Shown: piece by piece, positions 1 to 8,715 of the stretch
Layout of the letters: each line of letters begins with the position of its first letter
Numbering within the stretch: the stretch's first letter is position 1
Assembly: GCA_039803745.1 (NCBI GenBank)
Contig: JBDRZD010000030.1
Span: forward strand, 1-23,235
Length of the DNA: 23,235 nucleotides
Direction of reading: 5' to 3'
Origin: a candidate division WOR-3 bacterium
Lineage (GTDB): Bacteria > Hydrothermota > Hydrothermia > Hydrothermales > Hydrothermaceae
Translations under genes and position numbers: made by a program
Notes under the pieces: model-generated
Database searches by the model: none
Told to the model about the DNA's origin: nothing
What the model saw: only the letters and a program-made list of their open reading frames with translations

Positions 1-115
1 AAACTCTTATAACTCCCTTTCCAATATTATATCCACTTATATAAATCTTTGGTTTTTCACCTTCCAAATAAATAGAACTGCTTAAATAAAAACTTATGAT
101 TATGTTTAGAAACAT
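1..115 (-). CDS. 5' end of a gene running off the window edge (MFLNIIISFYLSSSIYLEGEKPKIYISGYNIGKGVIRV...); possibly YfaS-type bacterial alpha-2-macroglobulin
   Basis: Not in the ORF track. ATG at 115-113, perfect SD AAGGAGGTGA at 128-119, and 38 open codons to the edge. The product guess rests on its position directly downstream of a DUF1175/YfaT gene (yfaT-yfaS order in E. coli) and a recalled resemblance to the YfaS N-terminus. The gene is well supported; the product call is weak. Confidence 0.6.
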   Translation of the reverse strand, partial: MFLNIIISFYLSSSIYLEGEKPKIYISGYNIGKGVIRV

Positions 116-118
116 TTT

Positions 119-128
119 TCACCTCCTT
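119..128 (-). promoter_or_regulatory. Strong Shine-Dalgarno AAGGAGGTGA
   Basis: Full anti-SD complement ending 3 nt before the ATG at 115. Confidence 0.8.
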
Positions 129-147
129 TTTAATTTTTATTTTAAAA

Positions 148-705
148 TTAATCTTCAAATAATTTCAATCTAAAAAATCCTAAAAAATTTTCATTTGAGG
201 GAATCGGGAACCATAAAGATTCAGGATGTTTAAAAATTAAATTGTATTTTATTAATCTTAATTCCCCTTTTTTATTTTCCACTGGTCCTGTATGGTATAT
301 TAAGAATTCTTCATCTTTTATTTTTATATAAACCATTGAGTGGTATGGAAATTTTTGTTTTGGATTGTAAAAAAATAAAATATCACCAGATTTTAAATCT
401 ATTTTATTTTTATTCTTTCCTAAAAAAACTGTGTTATATAATATCAAATTCTTTACATCAGCAAAGGACGAATAAAAAAATTTATCCTTTTCTTTAACCA
501 AAAATGGCTTTCTTTTATTTATGTTTAAACTCTTTATATTTATTTTATTTAAAGCATTTAATAATGCCTTTCTTATAAAGTCTGCACAATCATTTATTTG
601 ATTATCCTTTTTGAAATATATTTCTAAAAGGCTTGAGATAAATTTTTCTCTAATAATTTCCTTATCCTGGCTTTTAATCAGAAATAAAATTATTAACAAT
701 TTCAT
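148..705 (-). CDS. DUF1175 (YfaT-like) protein, probably of papain/NlpC-P60-like fold
   Basis: Motifs DCADFIRKAL, GDILFF, YHSMVY, LIYHTG and W.P.P.N.NFLG.FRL match my recollection of DUF1175; candidate catalytic Cys and His are present. Confidence 0.8.
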   Translation of the reverse strand: MKLLIILFLIKSQDKEIIREKFISSLLEIYFKKDNQINDCADFIRKALLNALNKINIKSLNINKRKPFLVKEKDKFFYSSFADVKNLILYNTVFLGKNKNKIDLKSGDILFFYNPKQKFPYHSMVYIKIKDEEFLIYHTGPVENKKGELRLIKYNLIFKHPESLWFPIPSNENFLGFFRLKLFED

Positions 706-1633
706 TTTTTATTTCTTTCAATGCCTCAATTGCATATTTATATTCTCCTGCTGCATTCCATATTATTATTTTTTCTGCACCTGCAATAATTGCCCCCTTT
801 ATCTGTTCAACAATATATTCTTTACCAAAATTTTTTGCCTTATAATTAAATCCCTGAACATATGCTTCAACAGGGATTCCTGACCTTATTTTCCCAAGAA
901 TCACTCCTTCAAAATATATAGCCCTTTCCCTTAAAGGCTCTGCCTCTTTTAAAAAATTTCTACCATAATGGGATGGATATAGCATTAAGGCAATTCTATC
1001 TGAATATTTTGAGACTTCTTCAATTTTCTGACCTTCCCTTTTAATAGAATTCCAGAAAGGAGAGAATCCAAAAAGACATGGCACAATTAAAACATTATAT
1101 TTCTTTAATCTTAAAAATGCTTTTCTCAAAAATTCTTTTATCACTTCTTCCTTTTCTAAATTCAATTGATTTTTTAAATCCATATCTAAGAGGTCTCCAT
1201 CAGAAGGGAATCTTAAATAATCAAAATGTATTTCCTTTACATTGCATTTTGCAGCAAATTCTGCAATCTCTATGTTATAATTCCAGTTTAAAGTATCAAA
1301 GGGATTTAACCAGTTATTTCCATGGATGTCCTGCCATAAATTATGAGTTTTTTTACTCAAAATTGCCCTTTCAGGCTCTTTTTTTGATAAATAGTTATCA
1401 AGAAAACAAACTATTCTTACTATTAAATAAATATTTTTTTCTTCACATTTTTTTGAAATTTCCTTTAATTCCTTTTCATCAAACCATACCTTTCCATGTT
1501 CAGTTTTTAAATCAATCACAATTAAATTTATTATTCCTGAATCTGCAAGGGAATATATTTTTCCCATATATTTTTCATTTTTTGCAACAAAGGGGTTTAA
1601 ATAGAGTCCTAAAAATATTAATTTATCAAGCAT
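674..1633 (-). CDS. Putative glycoside hydrolase, DUF4015 family (TIM barrel)
   Basis: Motifs INLIVIDLK..HG, RIVCF.D, WLNPFD, EIHFDYLRFP.DG, MLYPSHY and WNAAGEY. Confidence 0.8.
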   Translation of the reverse strand: MLDKLIFLGLYLNPFVAKNEKYMGKIYSLADSGIINLIVIDLKTEHGKVWFDEKELKEISKKCEEKNIYLIVRIVCFLDNYLSKKEPERAILSKKTHNLWQDIHGNNWLNPFDTLNWNYNIEIAEFAAKCNVKEIHFDYLRFPSDGDLLDMDLKNQLNLEKEEVIKEFLRKAFLRLKKYNVLIVPCLFGFSPFWNSIKREGQKIEEVSKYSDRIALMLYPSHYGRNFLKEAEPLRERAIYFEGVILGKIRSGIPVEAYVQGFNYKAKNFGKEYIVEQIKGAIIAGAEKIIIWNAAGEYKYAIEALKEIKNEIVNNFISD

Positions 1634-2276
1634 TTTTTATCTTTTTTAAAAATTTTATTGAATTTTTATTTTTAAAAAAGTATGAACCAATACAAAGAAT
1701 TTCTGCTCCTTTTTCAATAACAAGAGGTATTGTCTCTTCATTTAGTCCTCCATCAACAGCAATCTCAAAATTTAATTTTTTCTGTATCTTATAATTTTTA
1801 ATTTCTTCTATTTTATCTAAGACATATGTTAAAAATTTCTGCCCTGAAAAGCCAGGATGGACACTCATTATAAGAATTTCATCAATTTTATTTAAAAATT
1901 TTTTTATATTTTCAAAAGAACTTTCAGGATTTATTGCAAGTCCTGCCTTTTTATTTTCTTTTTTTATTTCTTTTAATGTTTCTAATATTTTATCTGTTGC
2001 CTCATAATGAAAACTTATTAGTTCAACATTTTTTATTCTTGAAAACTCTTTTATATATCTTATAGGTTCAATTATCATAAGATGAACATGAAAGGGTAAA
2101 TAAGTCATCTTTGATATTGCTTCAACAACCATTGGTCCAAATGTTATATTTTTTACAAATATTCCATCCATTATGTCAACATGTAAAAAATCTACTTTTG
2201 CTTTTTCTGCCTTTTTTATATTCTCCTTTAATTTTGAAAAATCACCTGAAATTATTGATGGTCCTATTTTAATCAT
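1626..2276 (-). CDS. rpe: Ribulose-phosphate 3-epimerase
   Basis: PSIISGDF, LHVDIMDG.FV.NITFG, HVHLMI, MSVHPGFSGQKF and VDGG motifs. Confidence 0.97.
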   Translation of the reverse strand: MIKIGPSIISGDFSKLKENIKKAEKAKVDFLHVDIMDGIFVKNITFGPMVVEAISKMTYLPFHVHLMIIEPIRYIKEFSRIKNVELISFHYEATDKILETLKEIKKENKKAGLAINPESSFENIKKFLNKIDEILIMSVHPGFSGQKFLTYVLDKIEEIKNYKIQKKLNFEIAVDGGLNEETIPLVIEKGAEILCIGSYFFKNKNSIKFLKKIKNA

Positions 2277-3685
2277 ATTTTTAAAATATGTCTTATAAAG
2301 AGAAAGAAAAAGGCTACAACTAAAAATGTTCCTAAAAAATTTAAAATTATTCCGGTTTTTGCCATATCCTTTATCCTAACCTTTCCTGAAGCAAAAACTA
2401 TTGCATTTGGTGGTGTTCCTGATGGAAGCATAAATGCAAAGGAAACAGAAATTGTTGCAGGAAGCATTAAAAATAACGGATTTATATTTATTGCCTTTGA
2501 TAAACTGCCCAAAAATGGAAGTATTATTGTTGCTGTTGCTGTATTTGATGTCACTTCTGTAAGGAATACTAAGAATAAGGATAATAAAGTTACAAAGAGA
2601 ACTATATTTAAATTTCCAAAGAATTTAAGATATTCAGAAAGTTTTTGAGTTAAATTTGTTTTTTCAAAGGCACTTGCAAGTGAAAATCCTCCTCCAAATA
2701 TAAGCAAAATTCCCCATGGTATATTCAAAGCAGTTTCCCAATCAAGTATCGGCTTTAACTTATTTTCCTCTTTATATGGGATTATAAATAAAATCAATGC
2801 ACCAAGAATTGCTACAAGTGCATCATGGGAAAAATTCTTTAAATTTAATTTTCTTTCCCATATATTTCTTGTCAGCCATAATAAAGCAACAAAAGCAAAA
2901 ACACCTAAAATTATTTTTTCTTCTAATTTCATTTTCCCAATTTTTTCTCTTTCTTCATTTATCTTTTCATAACCTATTTTAATATTTTCTTTTCTTAAAA
3001 AAATAAGATAAAATAAAAGCCATGTAATTATTAAAAAAGTAAGGGAAAGAGGGAAGCCAAAAAGACACCATTTAGCAAAGGTTATATCAGGAAGTTCTGG
3101 AAAAAGTTTTTTAAATTGTCCTAAAAATACAATATTTGGAGGTGTTCCAATTGGTGTAGATATTCCACCTATTGAAGAGGCATAGGCTATTGATAAAAAA
3201 AAAGCCTTATTTATATTTTCTTTTTCAATATCAAGTGATTTTAAAATTGCAAGGACTATTGGAAATGCCATTATGCATGTTGCAGTATTACTCATCCATC
3301 CTGATAAAAAACAAACTGAAAACATAATACCCAGTAAAACCCCTTCAATTTTTTTTGGGAAAATTTTAAGAAAAAAGAAGGATATCCTTTTGTGTAAATT
3401 GTGTTTTTCCATCGCTTTTGCTATGAAGAATCCCCCTAAGAAAAGATAAACTTCTGGTTGAGCATAAGGATAACTTGCTTCCTGTGGTGTTAGAACCTTT
3501 AAAATTGGAAAAAGTAAAAGAGGGAAAAGACTTGTTATATAAATCGGAATTACCTCAAATATCCAGAAATAGGCCATTAAAATGCAAACTGCAAGAACCT
3601 TTTTTTGACTAATTTCAAGGGGAATTGGCAAAAAAATTATTAAAAAAAATAAAAATATCCCTATAAAGAAATTAGTTATTTTCAT
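2273..3685 (-). CDS. DASS/SLC13 family Na+:dicarboxylate (or sulfate) symporter
   Basis: Many TM helices; two SNT motifs (MSNTAT, TSNTAT), TPIGTPPN and FMLPSGTPPNA. I prefer the ATG at 3685 over the adjacent TTG at 3688 used by the ORF track. Confidence 0.93.
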   Translation of the reverse strand: MKITNFFIGIFLFFLIIFLPIPLEISQKKVLAVCILMAYFWIFEVIPIYITSLFPLLLFPILKVLTPQEASYPYAQPEVYLFLGGFFIAKAMEKHNLHKRISFFFLKIFPKKIEGVLLGIMFSVCFLSGWMSNTATCIMAFPIVLAILKSLDIEKENINKAFFLSIAYASSIGGISTPIGTPPNIVFLGQFKKLFPELPDITFAKWCLFGFPLSLTFLIITWLLFYLIFLRKENIKIGYEKINEEREKIGKMKLEEKIILGVFAFVALLWLTRNIWERKLNLKNFSHDALVAILGALILFIIPYKEENKLKPILDWETALNIPWGILLIFGGGFSLASAFEKTNLTQKLSEYLKFFGNLNIVLFVTLLSLFLVFLTEVTSNTATATIILPFLGSLSKAININPLFLMLPATISVSFAFMLPSGTPPNAIVFASGKVRIKDMAKTGIILNFLGTFLVVAFFFLFIRHILKI

Positions 3686-4658
3686 CAAATACTGTATTTA
3701 ATATAAATAGAACAAGGTCTTCATAGGAAAGACCCGCCTTTTTTGCCTCTGCTGGTAAATCTGATAATTCTGTCATACCTGGAAGTGTATTTACTTCAAG
3801 TATAAATATTTCATTTTTTTCTGATACAACTCCATCAACCCTTGAAAAACCTTTACATTCCAAAACTCTATGAGCCATAACAGAATATTCCTGCAATTTG
3901 TTATAAACATCCTCAGGAAGTTCAGCAGGTATAATGAATTCCGTTTCACCCTTTGTATATTTGGCAGTATAATCATAAAATTCTCTTCTTACAGGTCTTA
4001 ATTCTAAAACAGGAAGTGCAAAGGCATTTTTACCAGTTCCAAGAACTCCTGTTGTAACGATTTTCCCCTTTATAAACTTTTCAACAAATATATCTTTATA
4101 AATCTCTCTTTTTTCTAAAATTTTTTCCTTTAAATTTTTCTCCTCTTTTATTATTTCAACACCTATGCTTGAACCTTCGTCTTTTGGCTTTACTATCACT
4201 GGGAGTCCTAATTTTTTTATTTCCTTTATTTTTTCTTCAATGTTTTCATAGTTATAAATAAAAACAGCCGGTGGAGTTGGTATTCCTGATGCAATGAATA
4301 GTTTTTTTGAAATGAATTTATTCATTCCACAGGCAGATGCAAGAACCCCGGAACCCGTATAGGGAATACCAAGCAAATCTAAGAATCCCTGAACTTTTCC
4401 GTCCTCACCGGGTTTTCCATGAAATATTACAAAGGCAATATCCATTTTTACTTTTAATATTTCTCCAATGAAATCACCTTCTATAACAATTAATTTTGCG
4501 TCAAGCCCAAGTTTTTTTAATGCAGAAAATACCATTTTACCTGATCTTATTGATACTTCCTTTTCTCCTGATGTTCCTCCGCAGAGTACTCCTATTTTTT
4601 TCCCTTTAAATTTTTTTAAAATTTCATATTTTTCCCTTAAAAATTCCTTTATTTTCAT
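3672..4658 (-). CDS. ddl: D-alanine--D-alanine ligase
   Basis: GG.SGEKEVS, HG.PGEDG..QG, PYTGSG, GSSIG, FYDY.AKY and LEVNTLPGMT ATP-grasp motifs. Confidence 0.96.
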   Translation of the reverse strand: MKIKEFLREKYEILKKFKGKKIGVLCGGTSGEKEVSIRSGKMVFSALKKLGLDAKLIVIEGDFIGEILKVKMDIAFVIFHGKPGEDGKVQGFLDLLGIPYTGSGVLASACGMNKFISKKLFIASGIPTPPAVFIYNYENIEEKIKEIKKLGLPVIVKPKDEGSSIGVEIIKEEKNLKEKILEKREIYKDIFVEKFIKGKIVTTGVLGTGKNAFALPVLELRPVRREFYDYTAKYTKGETEFIIPAELPEDVYNKLQEYSVMAHRVLECKGFSRVDGVVSEKNEIFILEVNTLPGMTELSDLPAEAKKAGLSYEDLVLFILNTVFDENN

Positions 4659-5518
4659 TTAAATAATGAAAAAAGTTCCAAAATCTCTTCTTTTTCAATT
4701 TCAAGTTTCTTTTTAACAAGTGGAATCTCTTTATCTTTTAATAAGAAATCAGAAAGGGTTAATTTTTTTGTTTCATATATTACACCTGTTAAAAATTTTC
4801 CTTCTTCAAGTGCTTCCCTGACAAATCTTATTGCTCTTGGAAGATATCTTATCCCAAAAGGTTCTTCTATTTTAAATATTCTTTCTCTAAACCAATCATA
4901 AGTATTTAACTTATTAAATGTTACACATGGTGAGAGAATATCTATGAATGAAAAGCCCTTATGTTCAATTGCTTTTTCAAATATTTGAGTTAAACCTTGG
5001 ACATCTCCTGAAAAGCCTCTTGCAACAAAGGTTGCTCCACTTTCAAGAGCAAGTAAAACACCATCAACTGGTTCTTCTTGAACTCCATAAGGAGTTGAAG
5101 TTGATACAAACCCCTTTAAACTTGTTGGAGAAAATTGTCCTTTTGTAAGACCATAAACCTGATTATTCATCACAATATGTATTATTTCTGGATTCCTTCT
5201 GCATGCATGGATAAAATGAGAAATGCCTATCGCATAAGTATCACCATCACCGCTTGCTCCAATTACAAGGAGTTCAGGATTTGAAAGTTTTATAGCGGTT
5301 GCAACTGGCAAAACCCTTCCATGCAATGTATGAACTGAATTCGTTGCCACATAATCACCAAGTTTTCCACTGCAACCTATTCCAGATACTATCACTATTT
5401 TTGAAGGAGGGATCCCCTTTTTTGCAAGTGCTTTTTTTAATGCATTAAGAACTGCATAATCACCACAACCAGGACACCACCCTGGTTTTTTACCTTCATA
5501 AATTTTTTCTTGATTCAT
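4655..5518 (-). CDS. korB: 2-oxoacid:ferredoxin oxidoreductase beta subunit (TPP-binding)
   Basis: WCPGCG, SGIGCS, HTLHGR, GDGD...NN.YGLTKGQ.SPT and SPCVTFN motifs. Substrate specificity cannot be determined. Confidence 0.93.
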   Translation of the reverse strand: MNQEKIYEGKKPGWCPGCGDYAVLNALKKALAKKGIPPSKIVIVSGIGCSGKLGDYVATNSVHTLHGRVLPVATAIKLSNPELLVIGASGDGDTYAIGISHFIHACRRNPEIIHIVMNNQVYGLTKGQFSPTSLKGFVSTSTPYGVQEEPVDGVLLALESGATFVARGFSGDVQGLTQIFEKAIEHKGFSFIDILSPCVTFNKLNTYDWFRERIFKIEEPFGIRYLPRAIRFVREALEEGKFLTGVIYETKKLTLSDFLLKDKEIPLVKKKLEIEKEEILELFSLFK

Positions 5519-7200
5519 AGTATTTTTTTTATTTTTTCTTTAATTTCTTCAGGATAAAAAGGTCTTCCGGTATATTTCAAAATCTTTATAACTTCTTTTT
5601 TTACTATTTTTTCAATTATAAAGGAAAGTTGACCACTTAAATTCTGCTCAATACATATTATTTTTTCTCCATTTAAAATTTCTTTTAAATCGTCTCTTAT
5701 AGGATAAATCCCCCTTATAACAACTAATTTTAAATTTTTAAATTCATCTAATATTTCCTCTATTGCGAGTCTTGTTGAACCAAATGTAACTATTACATTT
5801 TTCCCATTACCAAAAATTAAAGGCTCGGGCATTTCCTTTTTTAAATAATTTAATTTTAAAAATCTTTTTTCACTCATTTTTTTCCTTAAAACTGCATATG
5901 TTGTTATATTGCCCTCTTCATTGTGTTCAACCCCTGTTATATGAAATATTTTTTCTTGTCCAAGATAAGTTCTATTTGAAATTCCATCTTCTGTAAAAGA
6001 AAATCTCTTAAATTCTCTATTTATTCCTTCCGTAAATTTACCTCTTTCTATTTCAAATTTGTCAATTTCAGGTAGATTTATAGTAAAGAGATTTTGGGAT
6101 AAAAATTGGTCAAGCAGGAGTATAACAGGTAATTGATATTTTTCGGCAAGATTAAAGGCAAGATTTGTAAATCCAAATATTTCTTCAGGATGGGATGGCG
6201 CTAAAACACATCTTGGAATATCTCCATGCCCACCAAATACTGCATGAAATAGATCTGATTGTTCAAATTTTGTTGGCATTCCTGTTGATGGTCCTGCCCT
6301 TTGTGAATCAACAATTACAACTGGTGTTTCAGTCATACCTGCATAGGATATTCCCTCTGTCATCAAAGAAAAACCTGGTCCACTTGTTGCTGTCATTGCT
6401 CTTAAACCAGCAATTCCTGCACCAATTGCTGCATTTATTGCTGAAATTTCATCTTCCATCTGCAAAACAATTCCATCAAATTTTGGCATGAATTTTGAAA
6501 GAAATTCAAGAATTTCTGTTGCAGGAGTAATAGGATAGCCTGAAAAAAATCTGCATCCAGAATATATTGCAGAGATTGCACAAATTTCATTTCCTGAAAT
6601 TAAAATAAATTCATTTTCTTTTTTTGGTGGAAAATCTATTCTTTCAATTCCTTTAAAATTTTCTTTTACAAAATTCTTACCGATTTCAAAAGCCTTTAAA
6701 TTCGTATTTAATATTTCTTTGCCTTTCCTTTCATAAATTTCTTTTAAAATTTCTTTAAAATAACTTTCTTCTAAATTAATAAACTCAGAAAAAACCCCGA
6801 GTAGAATACTATTTTTAAAAACCCCCTTTTTAAATTCTTTTAAAGCAATATCTATAAAAGGAATTTTAAAAATTTTTAAATCCTCTCTGAAATTTATTCC
6901 TTCATAAGCCTTCTCTTCAACTATTATAATTCCATTTTTCTTTAATTCATGTTGATGGTAAAATACACTCTCTTTATCCAATGCAAAGAGGAAATCAATT
7001 TTTGATGGTCTTGCGAATTTTTTCTGTGAAGATGCCCTTATTGTATAATTTGTATGAATTCCTCTTATCTGCGATGGGAAATCCTTATAGGTTGAAACAA
7101 AAAGACCATGTCTTGAAAAAATTTTTGCAATTATATTGCCTGCAGTTAAAGCACCATCTCCTGCTTCTCCACCAATTCTCAGAGAGATTTCAAAGTTCAT
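5515..7200 (-). CDS. korA: 2-oxoacid:ferredoxin oxidoreductase alpha subunit with fused gamma domain
   Basis: N-terminal GGEAGDG gamma-like domain; YPITPATE, QMEDE, TATSGPG and QRAGPSTGMPT motifs; 4-nt overlap with korB. Confidence 0.93.
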   Translation of the reverse strand: MNFEISLRIGGEAGDGALTAGNIIAKIFSRHGLFVSTYKDFPSQIRGIHTNYTIRASSQKKFARPSKIDFLFALDKESVFYHQHELKKNGIIIVEEKAYEGINFREDLKIFKIPFIDIALKEFKKGVFKNSILLGVFSEFINLEESYFKEILKEIYERKGKEILNTNLKAFEIGKNFVKENFKGIERIDFPPKKENEFILISGNEICAISAIYSGCRFFSGYPITPATEILEFLSKFMPKFDGIVLQMEDEISAINAAIGAGIAGLRAMTATSGPGFSLMTEGISYAGMTETPVVIVDSQRAGPSTGMPTKFEQSDLFHAVFGGHGDIPRCVLAPSHPEEIFGFTNLAFNLAEKYQLPVILLLDQFLSQNLFTINLPEIDKFEIERGKFTEGINREFKRFSFTEDGISNRTYLGQEKIFHITGVEHNEEGNITTYAVLRKKMSEKRFLKLNYLKKEMPEPLIFGNGKNVIVTFGSTRLAIEEILDEFKNLKLVVIRGIYPIRDDLKEILNGEKIICIEQNLSGQLSFIIEKIVKKEVIKILKYTGRPFYPEEIKEKIKKIL

Positions 7201-7212
7201 AAATTATTTAAA

Positions 7213-7241
7213 ATTATAAAGTTTAAAAAATTTTATTTCAA
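7213..7241 (-). promoter_or_regulatory. sigma70-type promoter for the korA string, overlapping the glnA stop codon
   Basis: Minus strand TTGAAA (7241-7236), 17-nt spacer, TATAAT (7218-7213); 12 nt to the korA ATG and no SD. Confidence 0.65.
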
Positions 7242-8551
7242 AGCACGGGAAGATAATTCTCAATTTCATAATCGGTAACCTGTATTCTATATCTTTCCCA
7301 TTCCGCCTTTTTATTTTTTATAAATTTTTCAAATAAGGGTTCTCCTAAAGTGTCTTTTACAAGTTCACTTTCTTCCATAATTAAGATTGCGGAATACAGG
7401 GAATCAGGTAATGCATCTATTCCATATTTCTTTTTAACTTCTTCAGGCATTGCATATATATCTTCTTCAATTGGTTTTCTTAATTTATAATTTTCTTCAA
7501 TCCCCTTCAAACCTGCCCTTAACATACACGAGAAAGCAAGATAGGGATTGCAGGCAGGATCAGGAGCCCTGTATTCTATTCTACAGGATTCAGGCTTATA
7601 AGGCTTAAAGGCAGGAACCCTTATTAAAGCAGACCTGTTTTTTCTTCCCCAGGAAAGATAAACAGGTGCTTCATATCCAACAACGAGTCTTTTATAAGAA
7701 TTAACCCATTGATTTGTTATAGCAGTTATTTCCCTGGAATGTCTGATTAAACCTTCCATATAGGATTTTGCAATATTTGAAAGATTATATTCATCTTTTT
7801 CATCATAAAAGACATTTTTGTCTTCTTTAAAGAGGGATTGATGGCAGTGGAGACCCGAGCCATTTATTCCAAAAACAGGTTTTGGCATAAATGTGGCATA
7901 TATTTTATATTTTCTTGCAATCTGTTTTATTATTATTTTTGAAACCTGTAATATATCAGCCATTTTTAAAGCATTCTCATATCTAAAGTCTATTTCATGC
8001 TGTGAAGAAGCTGCTTCATGATGGGTGCTTTCAACTTTTATTCCCATCTTTTCAAAGACATGGAGTGTTTCCCTTTTTGCCCTCTCAGGCTCATCATAGG
8101 GAAATATTTCAAAATAACCTGCTTCATCAAGAGGTAAAGCCTTTTTTTCATCTGGAAAGTAAAAATATTCAAGTTCAGCTCCTATAAAGAAATCAAATCC
8201 CATTTTTTTTGCATATTCTAAATTTTTCTTTAAAATATGTCTTGGACATGAATCATAAGGATTGCCATGGGTATCCTGAACATCACATATTATTACAAGT
8301 GTTCTTTCTTCATTTACCTCTTCAGGGATAATAAAAAAAGCATCCGGGTCAGGCTTTGCTATTAAATCTGATTCCTCAATCCTAACAAAACCTTCAATTG
8401 ATGAACCATCAAATACTATTCCTTCCCCAAAGGCTCTTTCTATTTCTCTTACAGATAGGTCAAATCCCTTTAATTTTCCAAGAACATCAGTGAACCATAA
8501 CTTCACAGTACTTATTTTTTCCTCTTTTATATATTCAAGCACCCTTTTCAT
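7238..8551 (-). CDS. glnA: Glutamine synthetase type I (short GSI-alpha-like form)
   Basis: FDGSSIEGF, ELEYF, HHE...QHEI, TFMPKP..G.NGSG.H, YKRL..GYEAP, NRSALIR and RIEYR.PDP..NPY motifs; SD AGGGG upstream. Confidence 0.95.
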   Translation of the reverse strand: MKRVLEYIKEEKISTVKLWFTDVLGKLKGFDLSVREIERAFGEGIVFDGSSIEGFVRIEESDLIAKPDPDAFFIIPEEVNEERTLVIICDVQDTHGNPYDSCPRHILKKNLEYAKKMGFDFFIGAELEYFYFPDEKKALPLDEAGYFEIFPYDEPERAKRETLHVFEKMGIKVESTHHEAASSQHEIDFRYENALKMADILQVSKIIIKQIARKYKIYATFMPKPVFGINGSGLHCHQSLFKEDKNVFYDEKDEYNLSNIAKSYMEGLIRHSREITAITNQWVNSYKRLVVGYEAPVYLSWGRKNRSALIRVPAFKPYKPESCRIEYRAPDPACNPYLAFSCMLRAGLKGIEENYKLRKPIEEDIYAMPEEVKKKYGIDALPDSLYSAILIMEESELVKDTLGEPLFEKFIKNKKAEWERYRIQVTDYEIENYLPVL

Positions 8552-8583
8552 ATTCCCCTATTTTTAGGTTAAATAAAACTTTT

Positions 8584-8609
8584 ATTATAAATGATTTTTC
8601 ACTTATAAT
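8584..8609. repeat. 26-bp near-perfect inverted repeat ATTATAAATGA-TTTT-TCACTTATAAT with a TATAAT on each strand; probable glnA -10 element and/or operator
   Basis: 11-bp arms with 1 mismatch, 32 nt upstream of the glnA ATG. Minus-strand TATAAT at 8589-8584; plus-strand TATAAT at 8604-8609. Confidence 0.6.
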
Positions 8610-8679
8610 GCCATTAAAATAAAAAGAATTCTACCCATATTTCTATCACATATTTTGGAATAATTATTTAATTTTATTC

Positions 8680-8709
8680 TTGATTTTCTTTTTAAAAATT
8701 CTTTATAAT
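8680..8709 (+). promoter_or_regulatory. sigma70-type promoter of the plus-strand gene string, probably giving a leaderless mRNA
   Basis: TTGATT (8680-8685), 18-nt spacer, TATAAT (8704-8709); ATG at 8716 only 6 nt later; no SD. Confidence 0.65.
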
Positions 8710-8715
8710 TCTTAA

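Noticed and set aside
1078..1794. 238-aa plus-strand ORF, the longest unexplained ORF
   Set aside because: Antisense shadow of the DUF4015 gene and rpe; F/L/Q-rich mirror composition, no motif and no SD.
3195..3203. 9-nt A/T homopolymer in the DASS gene (and similar runs elsewhere) as a phase-variation tract
   Set aside because: Expected at this AT content; the reading frames are intact.
8598..8613. sigma54-like TGGCATTATAAGTGAA on the minus strand upstream of glnA
   Set aside because: The -24 TGGCA is present but the -12 element reads GTGA instead of TTGC, and a perfect TATAAT nearby explains the promoter more simply. Worth revisiting only if rpoN is in the genome.
8552..8715. Skew switch at the divergent region as a replication origin or ncRNA site
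   Set aside because: The skew follows the coding-strand switch. I saw no DnaA-box cluster and no GC-rich structured segment as expected for an RNA gene in an AT-rich thermophile.
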